Part shown: positions 30,788 through 40,857 of the stretch, one piece after another | Layout: every line of letters begins with the position of its first letter | How positions within the stretch are numbered: the stretch's first letter is position 1 | Assembly: GCA_018333815.1 (NCBI GenBank) | Contig: JAGXSN010000180.1 | Span: 1-43,104, forward strand | Direction: 5' to 3' | DNA: 43,104 bases | DNA from: Sulfuritalea sp. | GTDB lineage: Bacteria; Pseudomonadota; Gammaproteobacteria; Burkholderiales; Rhodocyclaceae | Program-made: the position numbers and the translations under genes | Notes under the pieces: model-generated | Seen by the model: the letters and a program-made list of their open reading frames with translations, nothing else | What the model was told of the DNA's origin: nothing | The model's database searches: none

Positions 30788-30859
30788 GGCTAACCTCTTG
30801 GGATCGGGAGCGAAAATTCTAGCAGTCGCTCCATCTTGGGATGAAACGCCGATCTTCAA

Positions 30860-30909
30860 CCCTCGAGGGATCTACAGGTCTCCCAGCGCGGTTTTCGGGG
30901 TGGGCTCAT
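30860..30909 (-). repeat. Degenerate junction element, copy C
   Basis: ATGAGCCCACCCCGAAAACC (19 nt identical to copy A) followed by CCCTCGAGGG; begins at the hemP stop (TGATG). Confidence 0.7.
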
Positions 30910-31106
30910 CACTTGGTGAGGATCAGCCTGTTCTGGCGGGTCAAACGCAGACGGTAGACATCCGGGCCATGCCGGATCACGACTTCGTTCCCCCCCGAAA
31001 AGAGGACGTCCGAATTGAGAGAGGGCGCGGCGGATTGCCGCGACAGCCGGCCTGCTGGCTTTTGGTCTGGGGTCTTCGGCGCATCGGGGGCAGGAGGGGA
31101 GCGCAT
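30909..31106 (-). CDS. hemP: Hemin uptake protein HemP family
   Basis: S..LF.G.NEVVIRHG..VYRLRLTRQNRLILTK signature. Confidence 0.9.
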   Translation of the reverse strand: MRSPPAPDAPKTPDQKPAGRLSRQSAAPSLNSDVLFSGGNEVVIRHGPDVYRLRLTRQNRLILTK

Positions 31107-31124
31107 GGCCAACGAGCTTTCATT

Positions 31125-31162
31125 TGCGAATGAATCCCATCTTACATGAGAATAATTCTTAT
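31125..31162. promoter_or_regulatory. Fur boxes upstream of hemP
   Basis: ATGAGAATAATTCTTAT (31146-31162) and a weaker TGCGAATGAATCCCA (31125-31139) in an AT-rich patch. Confidence 0.75.
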
Positions 31163-31264
31163 ATGCAAGTTATATTGCCCTGCGGGGCGCTCGGAGGCGT
31201 TCGGCGCTACTCCGGAAAAGGCAACAGGCTAGAATCGCCGCCTTGATCCATTGGGTTGCCCGCC

Positions 31265-33352
31265 ATGTCCGCGCGTCAGATCCTCGTCACTTCCGCCCTG
31301 CCGTACGCCAATGGCGCGATCCACCTGGGCCATCTCGTCGAATACATCCAGACCGACATCTGGGTACGCTTCCAGAAGATGCGCGGCCACGAATGCTGGT
31401 ACGTCTGCGCCGACGACACCCACGGCACGCCCATCATGCTGCGCGCCGAGAAGGAAGGCATCACGCCGGAACAGCTGATCGCCCGCGTGCATGGCGAGCA
31501 CCTGAGCGACTTCAAGGGATTCCTGGTCGCCTTCGACAATTACTACTCCACCCATAGCGACGAGACGCGCGGCTACTCCGAGGACATCTACCGCAAGCTG
31601 CAGGCCACCGGGCTGATCGAGGTGCGCGCCGTCGAGCAGTTTTATGACCCGGTCAAGCAGATGTTCCTGCCGGATCGTTTCATCAAGGGCGAGTGCCCGA
31701 AATGCGGCGCCAAGGACCAGTACGGCGACAGTTGCGAGGCCTGCGGCGCGGCCTACGCGCCCACGGAACTCAAAAATCCTTATTCGGCCGTCTCGGGCGC
31801 CACGCCCGAACTGAAGCATTCCGATCATTATTTTTTCAAGCTGTCCGATCCGCGCTGCCAGCGCTTCCTGCGCGCCTGGACGCGCCGCGGCCACCTCCAG
31901 CCCGAGGCGGCCAACAAGCTGGCGGAATGGCTGGGGGGGGAAGGCGAGAGCCGGCTGACCGACTGGGACATCTCGCGCGACGCGCCCTATTTCGGCTTCG
32001 AGATTCCCGGCGCGCCGGGGAAATACTTCTACGTCTGGCTCGATGCGCCGATCGGCTACATGGGCTCGTTCAAGAACCTCTGCACGAAGCGGGGCCTGAA
32101 TTTCGACGACTGGTGGAAGCCCGACTCCAAGGCCGAGCTCTACCACTTCATCGGCAAGGACATCCTCTATTTCCATGCCCTGTTCTGGCCCGCGGAATTG
32201 CAGCACGCCGGCTACCGCACGCCGACCAACGTCTTCGCCCACGGCTTCCTCACCGTGGATGGCGCCAAGATGAGCAAATCGCGCGGTACCTTCATCACCG
32301 CCGCGAGCTACCTCGAGCAGGGACTCAATCCTGAGTGGCTGCGTTACTACTTCGCCGCCAAGCTCAATGGCACGATGGAGGACATCGACCTCAACCTCGA
32401 CGACTTCGTCAGCCGCGTCAACAGCGACCTGGTCGGCAAGTACATCAACATCGCCAGCCGCGCCGCCGGTTTCATCGCAAACCGGTTCGCCGGCAAACTG
32501 CTCGACGAATCCTGCCACGACCGCTTCATGGCCAGCCTGCCCGAGCTGCTGCTGGCAGCCGAAGAAATCGCCGACGGCTATGAGCAGCGCGATTATGGCC
32601 GCGCGATCCGCCGCATCATGGCGTTCGCCGACCTGGTCAACCAGTATGTCGATCACCACCAGCCGTGGAAACTCGCCAAGCAGGGCGGCCAGGAACGGGA
32701 ACTGCATGCGGTCTGCACGGTGTTGATCAACGCGTTCCGCCTTCTGACGCTCTACCTCAAGCCGGTTTGCCCGCAGCTCGCCCGGCGCGCCGAGGAATTC
32801 CTCAACCTTGCTCCGCTCCATTGGCGCGATGCCGCGCATCTCCTGCCGCCGGGACATGCGATCAATCCCTACGAGCACCTGATGTCCCGCATCGAACCGA
32901 AACAGATCGAGGCGCTGCTGGCGGCCAACCGCGAGTCCCTCGCGCCGGCGCCCGCGGAACACTCGCCGCAACGCCATGCCCAGCACCAGAGCGGGGAAGG
33001 GAAGCGGGCGGTCGAGCAGATCGGCAGCGACGATTTCGCCAAGGTCGACCTGCGCATTGCCCGCATCGCCGCGGCCGCCCATGTCGAGGGCGCCGAGAAG
33101 CTCCTCAGGCTGACCCTCGATCTCGGCCCGCTGGGAACGCGGCAGGTGTTTGCCGGCATCAAGGCCGCCTACGATCCGGCCGCGCTGGTCGGTCGTCTCA
33201 CCGTGATGGTCGCCAATCTGGCGCCGCGCAAGATGAAGTTCGGCGTCAGCGATGGCATGGTGCTGGCCGCCTCCGACCCCGAGGGCAAGACCGGCGGCCT
33301 CTACCTCCTTTCTCCCGATTCCGGCGCCACGCCGGGCATGCAAGTCAAGTGA
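31265..33352 (+). CDS. metG: Methionine--tRNA ligase
   Basis: PYANG.IHLGH, zinc knuckle CPKC..CEAC, KMSKS, C-terminal tRNA-binding domain. Confidence 0.99.
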   Translation: MSARQILVTSALPYANGAIHLGHLVEYIQTDIWVRFQKMRGHECWYVCADDTHGTPIMLRAEKEGITPEQLIARVHGEHLSDFKGFLVAFDNYYSTHSDETRGYSEDIYRKLQATGLIEVRAVEQFYDPVKQMFLPDRFIKGECPKCGAKDQYGDSCEACGAAYAPTELKNPYSAVSGATPELKHSDHYFFKLSDPRCQRFLRAWTRRGHLQPEAANKLAEWLGGEGESRLTDWDISRDAPYFGFEIPGAPGKYFYVWLDAPIGYMGSFKNLCTKRGLNFDDWWKPDSKAELYHFIGKDILYFHALFWPAELQHAGYRTPTNVFAHGFLTVDGAKMSKSRGTFITAASYLEQGLNPEWLRYYFAAKLNGTMEDIDLNLDDFVSRVNSDLVGKYINIASRAAGFIANRFAGKLLDESCHDRFMASLPELLLAAEEIADGYEQRDYGRAIRRIMAFADLVNQYVDHHQPWKLAKQGGQERELHAVCTVLINAFRLLTLYLKPVCPQLARRAEEFLNLAPLHWRDAAHLLPPGHAINPYEHLMSRIEPKQIEALLAANRESLAPAPAEHSPQRHAQHQSGEGKRAVEQIGSDDFAKVDLRIARIAAAAHVEGAEKLLRLTLDLGPLGTRQVFAGIKAAYDPAALVGRLTVMVANLAPRKMKFGVSDGMVLAASDPEGKTGGLYLLSPDSGATPGMQVK

Positions 33353-33624
33353 CCGAGATCCGCCGTCTGATCATCACCGGCCGGGTGCAGGGCGTGGCCT
33401 ACCGTGCCAGCATGATGCGGGAGGCGCTGCGCCTCGGCGTCGCCGGCTGGGTGAGGAACCGCAGCGACGGCAGCGTCGAGGCGATGGTGGCGGGCGCCCC
33501 GGAACAGGTCGCCGCGATCATGAACTGGGCGCGGCGCGGGCCGCCGGCGGCAGCGGTGGAGCATGTCGCCGTCGAACTGGGCAGCGGGGAATACAGCGGC
33601 TTCGAACAGCGCGCTTCCGTCTGA
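33349..33624 (+). CDS. acyP: Acylphosphatase
   Basis: [24 protein letters not shown]; GTGA overlap with metG. Confidence 0.93.
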   Translation: MTEIRRLIITGRVQGVAYRASMMREALRLGVAGWVRNRSDGSVEAMVAGAPEQVAAIMNWARRGPPAAAVEHVAVELGSGEYSGFEQRASV

Positions 33625-33646
33625 AAGTCGGCGCTGGCACGACGGC
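33625..33646 (+). repeat. 22-bp dispersed motif, copy 6 (fills the acyP-dnaE convergent gap)
   Basis: AAGTCGGCGCTGGCACGACGGC occupies 22 of the 24 intergenic bases. Confidence 0.85.
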
Positions 33647-33648
33647 GG

Positions 33649-36600
33649 TCAGCCGTAGAGCACGCGCACGTTGTCCGGCGTGAGCCAGTCGGTCAGATCG
33701 GCGATGAGGCGGTCGTCGAGCCGCACGCGCCAGCAGTCGGGCAGCGCGAGTTCGGCTTCGGCATCCGCGTTGCGGTAGCGGAGGCGCACCGGGCAGGCGC
33801 CTGCCGTCGCGCGATAGGGCGACAGCAGGGTGCGCAGGCGTTCGGCCGTGGCGCCGTCGCTCCTGCCGGCGAGCGAAACCTCGAGCCGGCGCGCGCAGCG
33901 GCCGCGCGCCTCGGCCAGCGTGAGCAGGTTGTTGGCGACAACGCGCAGGCCGCCGCTGAAATCGTCGCGACTGACCTTGCCTTCGACCACCAGCACTTCG
34001 TCCGGGCGGATCTTGTTGCGCAGCTCGTCCCACAGCTCGCTATACACCGTGACTTCGACTTGCGCCGTGGCGTCGTCGAGCGTGACGATCGCCATCTTGC
34101 CGTGCCGCGACATCTGGCTGCGGATGGCGAGGACCAGGCCGCACAGCAGGGCCGGCTCGCGCTGGGGTTCGAGTTCGGCCAGGCGCCGTCGGACGAACGC
34201 CGAGATTTCCGCGGCGCAGGCGTTGAACGGGTGACCCGAGAGATAGAACCCCAGCGCTTGCTTCTCGTTGAGCAGGCGCTCGCGCTCGCTCCAGCGCGGC
34301 GCCTCGACGTAGTGCGCCAGGTGGGCATGGGGTTGCGCCGTCGGGTCGGGCGAATCGAACAGCCCGCCTTGGTGCGCGTTGCGTTCGGCCTGTTCGGCGG
34401 CCTCGAGCGCGCGGCCCGCCGAGGCGAGCAGCCGGGCGCGATGCGTGTCGATGCCGTCGAAGGCGCCGGCGCGGATCAGCGCCTCGATGACGCGGCGGTT
34501 GACGACGCGCCGGTCGATGCGCCGGCAGAAGTCGAACAGGTCGACGAAGGGACCAGCCTCGCGCGCCTTCAGGATCGCCGTGAGCGCCGATTCGCCGGTG
34601 CCCTTGATCGCGCCGAGGCCGTAGCGGACGGTGCGGGCGTCGACGGGGGTGAAGCGCACCAGGCCGGCATTGATGTCCGGCGGCAGGAAGACGATGCCGT
34701 TGTCCAGGGCATCCTTGAAGAAGAACTGCACCTTGTCGGTGTCGGCCATTTCCGAGGACAGCGTGGCTGCCATGAAGGCGGCCGGATGATGGCATTTGAG
34801 CCAGGCAGTCTGATAGGCGACCAGAGAATAGGCGGCGGCGTGCGACTTGTTGAAGCCGTAGCCGGCGAACTTTTCCATCGTGTCGAAGATCTCGTTCGCC
34901 TTGGCTGCGCCGATGCCGTTCTGCGCCGCGCCCCGAAGGAAGGCCTCGCGCTGCTGGGCCATCTCTTCGATTTTCTTCTTGCCCATCGCGCGGCGCAACA
35001 GGTCGGCGCCGCCCAGCGTGTAGTGGGCGACCAGCTGGGCCGCCTGCATCACCTGCTCCTGATACACCATGATGCCGTAGGTGGGACTGAGCGTCTTCTC
35101 GAGGAGCGGATGCGGGTAGACGACGCGCTCGCGCCCGTGCTTGCGGGCGATGAAGCTCGGAATGAAATCCATCGGCCCGGGCCGGTAGAGCGCATTCAGG
35201 GCGATCAGGTCTTCCAGGCAGTCGGGGCGCGCCTGCAGCAGCGTGTCCTTCATGCCGCGCGACTCGAACTGGAACACCGCCGTGGTGTTGGCGGTCTTGA
35301 AGATCGTGTCATAGGTGGCCTTGTCGTCGAGCGGCAGATTTTCGAGCCGGATCTCGACGCCTTCGACCTGCTGCACGAAGGCGACGGCTTCCGCCAGGAT
35401 GGTCAGCGTGCGCAGGCCGAGGAAGTCGAACTTCACCAGGCCGGCCTGCTCGACGTCGTCCTTGTCGAACTGGCTCACCGTTGCACCGCCGTCCGCCGAG
35501 TAGAGCGGGCAGAAGTCGGTGAGCTTGCCCGGCGCGATCAGCACGCCGCCGGCGTGCATGCCGACGTTGCGCGTCAGCCCTTCGAGTTTTTCGGCGAGCG
35601 CCCAGAGCTCGCGCAGTTCCTCTTCCTGCTGCAGGCGCTCGTCGATCTGCGGCTCCTTTTCCCTGGCATCTTTCAGCGTGATTCCCAATTCGTTGGGAAT
35701 CAGCTTGGCGAACTGGTCGACGAAGTTGAAGCCGAGGTCGAGCACGCGGCCGACGTCGCGGATCACCGCCTTGGCCGCCATCGTGCCGAAGGTGGCGATC
35801 TGCGCCACGGCGTGCTGGCCGTAGCGCTGGCGCACGTAGTCGATGACCCGGTCGCGGCCTTCCTGGCAGAAGTCGATGTCGAAGTCGGGCATCGAGACGC
35901 GCTCGGGATTGAGGAAGCGCTCGAACAGCAGTTCGTAGCGCAGCGGATCGAGGTCGGTGATGCCGAGGCTCCAGGCGACCAGCGAGCCGGCGCCCGAGCC
36001 GCGGCCCGGGCCGACGGGCACGCCGTTGTGCTTGCCCCAGTTGATGAAGTCGGCGACGATCAGGAAGTAGCCGGGGAAGCCCATCTGGATGATGGTTCGG
36101 ATCTCGAATTCGAGCCGGGTGCCGTACTGCGGGCGCCGACTTTCGCGCTCGGCCGGATCGGGGTAGAGATGTTCGAGGCGTTTCTCCAGGCCGGCACGCG
36201 CCTGCTGGTCGAGATAGGCCTCGATCGTCTCGCCGTTGGGCGTCGGGAATTCCGGCAGGAAGCTCTTGCCGAGCGGGACGGACAGGTTGCAGCGCTGGGC
36301 GATCGCCACGCTGTTCGACAGCGCCTCGGGCAGGTCGGCGAACAGCGCGGCCATTTCGTCCTGCGTCTTGAAGTATTGCGCCGTGCTGAAGCTCTTCGGG
36401 CGGCGCTTGTCGCCCATCACGTAGCCTTCGGCGATGCAGACGCGCGCCTCGTGGGCGCGGAAGTCGTCGGGATCGAGGAACTGCACCGGATGGGTCGCCA
36501 CCACCGGCAGGTCGAGTTCGGCGCCCAGTCGCAGCGTCGCGGCGATCAGGCGCTCCTGCGCCGGATTCTCCTGCGTGCCGTCCGGGCGCTGGATCTCGAG

Positions 36601-37119
36601 ATAGAAGCCGTCGGGAAACAGCCCGGCCCACTGGCGCGCGCTGGCGGTCGCCTGGTCGACCTTGTCGGCGACCAGCCACTGGCCGACTTCGCCGAAGTGC
36701 GCGCCCGACAACGCGATCAGCCCGCTGTTGTCGCCGCAAAAGACGCTGCGCGGGATTTCGGCGCGGCCGTGGCGGCGCGGCCGCAGATAGGCCGCGGTGA
36801 GCAGCTCGCACAGCCGCAGGTAACCGGCGCGGTTCTTCGCCAGCAGCAGCAGGCGCGTGGCGACTGCGCGCGAGGGATCGGGGCTTGCACCGTCCGCCGC
36901 GGCGATCCAGACATCGCAACCGATGATCGGCTTGAGGCCCGCGCCGCGCGCCGCGCTGTAGAACTTGACCGTGCCGAACAGGTTGGCCAGGTCGGTCAGC
37001 GCCAGGGCCGGCATGCCGTCCGCCGTCGCGCGCTTCACCGCATCGTCGAGCCGCGTCAGCCCGTCGGTGATCGAGTATTCGCTGTGGAGGCGGAGGTGGA
37101 CGAAGCGGGGGGCGGGCAT
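33649..37119 (-). CDS. dnaE: DNA polymerase III subunit alpha
   Basis: HLRLHSEYS (PHP domain), GRGSGAGS, MPDFDIDF, KFDFLGL, GFNKSH; no intein evident. Confidence 0.99.
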   Translation of the reverse strand: MPAPRFVHLRLHSEYSITDGLTRLDDAVKRATADGMPALALTDLANLFGTVKFYSAARGAGLKPIIGCDVWIAAADGASPDPSRAVATRLLLLAKNRAGYLRLCELLTAAYLRPRRHGRAEIPRSVFCGDNSGLIALSGAHFGEVGQWLVADKVDQATASARQWAGLFPDGFYLEIQRPDGTQENPAQERLIAATLRLGAELDLPVVATHPVQFLDPDDFRAHEARVCIAEGYVMGDKRRPKSFSTAQYFKTQDEMAALFADLPEALSNSVAIAQRCNLSVPLGKSFLPEFPTPNGETIEAYLDQQARAGLEKRLEHLYPDPAERESRRPQYGTRLEFEIRTIIQMGFPGYFLIVADFINWGKHNGVPVGPGRGSGAGSLVAWSLGITDLDPLRYELLFERFLNPERVSMPDFDIDFCQEGRDRVIDYVRQRYGQHAVAQIATFGTMAAKAVIRDVGRVLDLGFNFVDQFAKLIPNELGITLKDAREKEPQIDERLQQEEELRELWALAEKLEGLTRNVGMHAGGVLIAPGKLTDFCPLYSADGGATVSQFDKDDVEQAGLVKFDFLGLRTLTILAEAVAFVQQVEGVEIRLENLPLDDKATYDTIFKTANTTAVFQFESRGMKDTLLQARPDCLEDLIALNALYRPGPMDFIPSFIARKHGRERVVYPHPLLEKTLSPTYGIMVYQEQVMQAAQLVAHYTLGGADLLRRAMGKKKIEEMAQQREAFLRGAAQNGIGAAKANEIFDTMEKFAGYGFNKSHAAAYSLVAYQTAWLKCHHPAAFMAATLSSEMADTDKVQFFFKDALDNGIVFLPPDINAGLVRFTPVDARTVRYGLGAIKGTGESALTAILKAREAGPFVDLFDFCRRIDRRVVNRRVIEALIRAGAFDGIDTHRARLLASAGRALEAAEQAERNAHQGGLFDSPDPTAQPHAHLAHYVEAPRWSERERLLNEKQALGFYLSGHPFNACAAEISAFVRRRLAELEPQREPALLCGLVLAIRSQMSRHGKMAIVTLDDATAQVEVTVYSELWDELRNKIRPDEVLVVEGKVSRDDFSGGLRVVANNLLTLAEARGRCARRLEVSLAGRSDGATAERLRTLLSPYRATAGACPVRLRYRNADAEAELALPDCWRVRLDDRLIADLTDWLTPDNVRVLYG

Positions 37120-37130
37120 CGCCCCGGATT

Positions 37131-38081
37131 CTACTGTTTTGCCCAGATCAGCAAGCCTTGCGCATCCAGATCCAGGTCGGTCTCCCAGAGGCGGAAAATT
37201 TCGGCCTCGGCCAGCGTGCTGCCATGGCCGCGCGCTTCGGCCAGGAGATAGGCCGCGAGCTTTTCCTTGAGCAGGGGCAGGGGGTCGCCGGGCGCGGCCT
37301 CCTGCACGGCTTCTCGGGTCAGGCGCACGCATTCGTCGATGCGGTGCAACAGCTCGGCGGCGAGCGACCGCGGCGGGGCGAGGCGGCCGAAATGGGTCAG
37401 ATAAACGGCTTCCGGATCGAGCGCGATCATGCGCTCGACCGAGTCGCGCCAGTCCGCCGGATCGAATTGCGAGGGCGTCGGGCAGGGAAAGACGAAATGC
37501 CGGCCGTCGGCCGCGTCCATCTCGCGGTAGCCGATGCCGAAAGTGTCGCCGGTAAAAATCCCGTTCGCGGCGCGATCATGGATGAAGACATGGTGCTTGG
37601 CGTGTCCGGGGCAGTCGTAGCAGGCGAGCGCGCGCTGGCCGAGCGGCAGCACCATGCCGTCGTGCGTTTCGATGACGCGCTCGGGCGGCACGGGAATCAG
37701 CGTGCCGTAGAGGCGCCGCGCATTTTCCTGGCCATAGACTTCCTCGGTCGCGGCCATCAGCTTGGTCGGGTCGACCATGTGGCGCGCGCCGCGCGGGTGG
37801 ACCACGAACTGCGCCTGCGGGAAGGCCTGCATGTAGGCGCCGGAGCCGCCGGCATGGTCCAGATGGATGTGCGTGGCGATGACGTAGGCGACGTTTGCGG
37901 CCGTCAGTCCGAGCTCCGCGAGCGCCCGCTGGGCGCGCGGCAGGCTTGCGTTGCTGCCGTTGTCGATGAAGGCGGCGCGACCGGCGTCCACCACGAGGTG
38001 CACTGCGGCGAGCTGGTGACGCACGTAGCCGGCGTCGAAGGCGTAAATGCCGTTGCGGTAGTCGATGAGGGAAAATTCCAT
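37131..38081 (-). CDS. MBL-fold metallo-hydrolase
   Basis: THIHLDHAGG, PGHAKHH, FTGD, THFG. Confidence 0.92.
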   Translation of the reverse strand: MEFSLIDYRNGIYAFDAGYVRHQLAAVHLVVDAGRAAFIDNGSNASLPRAQRALAELGLTAANVAYVIATHIHLDHAGGSGAYMQAFPQAQFVVHPRGARHMVDPTKLMAATEEVYGQENARRLYGTLIPVPPERVIETHDGMVLPLGQRALACYDCPGHAKHHVFIHDRAANGIFTGDTFGIGYREMDAADGRHFVFPCPTPSQFDPADWRDSVERMIALDPEAVYLTHFGRLAPPRSLAAELLHRIDECVRLTREAVQEAAPGDPLPLLKEKLAAYLLAEARGHGSTLAEAEIFRLWETDLDLDAQGLLIWAKQ

Positions 38082-38105
38082 GGCGGGCGAGAGTTGGTGG
38101 GGGAG

Positions 38106-38127
38106 AAGTCGGCGCTGGCGGGACGGC
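38106..38127 (+). repeat. 22-bp dispersed motif, copy 7 (intergenic)
   Basis: AAGTCGGCGCTGGCGGGACGGC. Confidence 0.85.
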
Positions 38128-38137
38128 GCGGTCTGCC

Positions 38138-39079
38138 CTACATCGCTTCGATCTCGAGCACCGCGACGCCGATATGCCGCCCCAAGTTTAGATCGAAGCC
38201 GGACCATCCGGCATAGCGCTCGAGTTTGGCCCGGAGGGTTTCCTTCATCTCGTAATCCTGCTTGCCCTTGTCGTACTCCGCACGCACGGCTTCGAAGAGG
38301 ATGGAGAGATAATCCCGGTATGCGCGGACGATCTCCGGACCGGCCGTGCGGCCGTGGCCCGGCACGAAGACGCGGGCGGGTAGCGTCAGGGCGCGGTCGC
38401 AGGCGGCGATGTTGCCGCGGAAGCTGCCGTCGCCCATGCCGCCGAGGCGGCCGTTCATCACGTTGTCGCCGAGAAAGAGCACGCCCTCCTCCGCCACGTG
38501 GATCATGATGTCCGTGCCGGAGTGCGCCTTGGGCGTCGCGTGGATGTGAAACGTGAGGCCGCCGATGGCGAGGCGCTGGTCATCGACGAGCGGCAGGGTC
38601 GGAATCACCGCGCGGGTGCCGCGCGTGAAGCCCTGCGTGAGCCGCTCCATGAGTTCGAGCCAGCGCGGCGCCTGGCCGCCGCGGGCGGCTTCGATCATGC
38701 TCGGGTGGGCCATGAGCTTGACCTGCGGGAAGGCTTCCTGGAAGGCCTGGTTGCCGAGCCAGTGGTCGCCATGCACGTGGGTGATGAGCACGTGCGTGAC
38801 CGGTTGGGCGGTGACCTTGCGGATCTGGCGCAACACCATGCGGCCGGACTGGACGCTGGAGCCCGGGTCGATTACCACGACGCCCGTGGCCGTCACGACA
38901 AAGGCCGGATTGTTGATCAAGCCCTGATTTTCGGCGGAAGGGTCGCCCATGTGCCCGTGAATCACCCAGGTGCGCGGGGCGACGCGCTCGGCGGCGTGGT
39001 CGCGCATTTCTTCGGCCAGGACGGGAGCGCCCAGCAGCCAGCCCAGCAAAACCGACAGAAAAGCGCTGCGCGCGCTCAT
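38138..39079 (-). CDS. Periplasmic MBL-fold protein, SoxH-like
   Basis: Signal peptide, THVHGDHWLGN, PGHG; ATGA overlap with soxB. Confidence 0.8.
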   Translation of the reverse strand: MSARSAFLSVLLGWLLGAPVLAEEMRDHAAERVAPRTWVIHGHMGDPSAENQGLINNPAFVVTATGVVVIDPGSSVQSGRMVLRQIRKVTAQPVTHVLITHVHGDHWLGNQAFQEAFPQVKLMAHPSMIEAARGGQAPRWLELMERLTQGFTRGTRAVIPTLPLVDDQRLAIGGLTFHIHATPKAHSGTDIMIHVAEEGVLFLGDNVMNGRLGGMGDGSFRGNIAACDRALTLPARVFVPGHGRTAGPEIVRAYRDYLSILFEAVRAEYDKGKQDYEMKETLRAKLERYAGWSGFDLNLGRHIGVAVLEIEAM

Positions 39080-40800
39080 GTCGTGAGATCCAGCCCGGCG
39101 TTGCCCGCAACGCCGATCAGCCGAGGCGTGTTGAGCGTGCGCGCGCTAACGGTTTTCTTGTCCCGCAGCCAGCGCGTCACCAGATCCCAGATCGGCTCGC
39201 CGCTCGCGCCTTCCGCCACCGGGGCCCAGCCGGCGACCTTGTATTTCCTGTCGGCGTCGAGCGGTTTGCCATTCAGCCGCATGTCCTGGATGCGCTGCCC
39301 CATCTTCGCATTCGGGGCGCAGGCGTAGGTCAGCCCGCCCACGCGCACCATGTCGCCGCCCTGCTGCTTGTAGGGATCGGGGTTGAACAGGTTGTCGCAG
39401 ACGTCCTCGAGGATGTCCTTGATCTGCGCGCCCGTCATCTCGGTCAGCGTCGACATCGGATAGGTGATCGCGGTCTGGTCCATGACGTGCTCGAAGGTGA
39501 TCGTCTGCCCGGGCAGGATCGAGGTGCCCCAGCGGAAGCCCGGCGAGAAGGCCAGCTCCGCGCCCCTCGCTGCCATCATCGCATCGAGGATGAGCTGATC
39601 CCAGCTGCCGTTGAAGTTGCCACGCCGGTAGAGCAGGCCCTCGCTGACGGCGAGCTTTTCTTCCAGCTTGTCCTCGTACGGTGCGCGCACCTTCTCGATC
39701 AGCGCGGCCATCTCCTTGTCGGCGGCGATCAGGTTGGAGAAGACCGGCAACAACCGGTATCTGAAATCGGACACCCTGCCGCCTTTCACCTCGAAGTCGA
39801 GCACGCCGAGGAACTTGCCGTTCGAACCGGCATTGGTGACGAGCGTGACGCCGCTCTTGTTCTTCACCCTGACCGGCTGCGGCACGCCGTCGTGGGTGTG
39901 GCCGCCGAGGATCGCGTCGATGCCGGTGACGCGGCTGGCCAGCTTGAGGTCGACGTCCATGCCGTTGTGCGAAAGGAGGACCACCACCTGGGCGCCGGCG
40001 CCGCGCGCCTCATCGACCGTCTTCTGCATTTCCTCTTCCTGGATGCCGAAAGTCCAGTCGGGCACCAGGTAACGCGGGTTGGCGATCGGCGTGTAGGGGA
40101 AAGCCTGGCCGACGACGGCGAGCTTCACGCCGTTCATCTCGCGCAGCGCAAAGGGTTTGAATACCGGGTCGCCGAAGTCGGCAGTCTTGACGTTCTGGGC
40201 GACGAAATCGACCTTGCCGGCAAAGTCCTTCTCGACGATTTCCTTGACGCGCTTGTCGCCAAGGGTGTATTCCCAGTGGCCGGTCATCACGTCGACGCCG
40301 AGCAGCTTGCAGGCATCGACCATGTCCTGGCCCCTGGTCCATAGCGCCGTGGCGGAACCCTGCCAGGTGTCGCCGCCATCGAGCAGCAGCGCGCCGGGGC
40401 GACTGGCCCGGAGTTGCCTGACCAGCGTGGCCAGATGGGCGAAGCCGCCGACTTTGCCGTAAGTCCGGGCCGCCTGGGCGAAATCCAGATGGCTGAAGGC
40501 ATGGGCCGCGCGCGTCCCCGGCGGGATGCCGAAGGCTTTGAGGAAGCGCTCGCCGACCAGATGCGGCGCCTTGCCCAGCGCGCCGCCGACGCCGATATTG
40601 ACGCTCGGCTCGCGGAAGTAGATCGGCAGCAACTGGGCATGGCAGTCGGTGAAGTGCAGGAAATGCACGTTGCCGAAGCGCGGCAGGTCATAGAGACGCT
40701 CGCCGCCCTGGGCGGCGAGCAGGGGGCGCGCGTGGAGGGCGAAGCCGGCTGCGGCGGCTGCGGCAAGAACCTGCATGAACTCGCGGCGGTTCATGGACAT
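39076..40800 (-). CDS. soxB: Thiosulfohydrolase SoxB
   Basis: Tat signal NRREF, TDCHAQL, GDTWQG, GHWE, GGHTHD, QQGGDMVR. Confidence 0.97.
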   Translation of the reverse strand: MSMNRREFMQVLAAAAAAGFALHARPLLAAQGGERLYDLPRFGNVHFLHFTDCHAQLLPIYFREPSVNIGVGGALGKAPHLVGERFLKAFGIPPGTRAAHAFSHLDFAQAARTYGKVGGFAHLATLVRQLRASRPGALLLDGGDTWQGSATALWTRGQDMVDACKLLGVDVMTGHWEYTLGDKRVKEIVEKDFAGKVDFVAQNVKTADFGDPVFKPFALREMNGVKLAVVGQAFPYTPIANPRYLVPDWTFGIQEEEMQKTVDEARGAGAQVVVLLSHNGMDVDLKLASRVTGIDAILGGHTHDGVPQPVRVKNKSGVTLVTNAGSNGKFLGVLDFEVKGGRVSDFRYRLLPVFSNLIAADKEMAALIEKVRAPYEDKLEEKLAVSEGLLYRRGNFNGSWDQLILDAMMAARGAELAFSPGFRWGTSILPGQTITFEHVMDQTAITYPMSTLTEMTGAQIKDILEDVCDNLFNPDPYKQQGGDMVRVGGLTYACAPNAKMGQRIQDMRLNGKPLDADRKYKVAGWAPVAEGASGEPIWDLVTRWLRDKKTVSARTLNTPRLIGVAGNAGLDLTT

Positions 40801-40820
40801 GACGATTCTCCGTGGGGATC

Positions 40821-40844
40821 AAAAAAGCCTGGCGGGGCCAGGCT
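40821..40844 (-). terminator. Intrinsic terminator between soxX and soxB
   Basis: Minus strand AGCCTGGC-CCC-GCCAGGCT followed by TTTTT. Confidence 0.75.
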
Positions 40845-40857
40845 CGGGGAAGGCGCC

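Noticed and set aside
33362-33625. Two 9/10 matches to the Neisseria DUS (GCCGTCTGAT at 33362, TCCGTCTGAA at 33616)
   Set aside because: No perfect copy seen in the window, and both lie in acyP coding sequence; plausible by chance.
34060-37251. 1063-aa ORF antisense to dnaE, and similar long antisense ORFs opposite valS, ilvI, metG, the decarboxylase, the phosphatase and the CheA-like gene
   Set aside because: Shadow frames expected from strong G/C third-position bias; no recognisable motifs.
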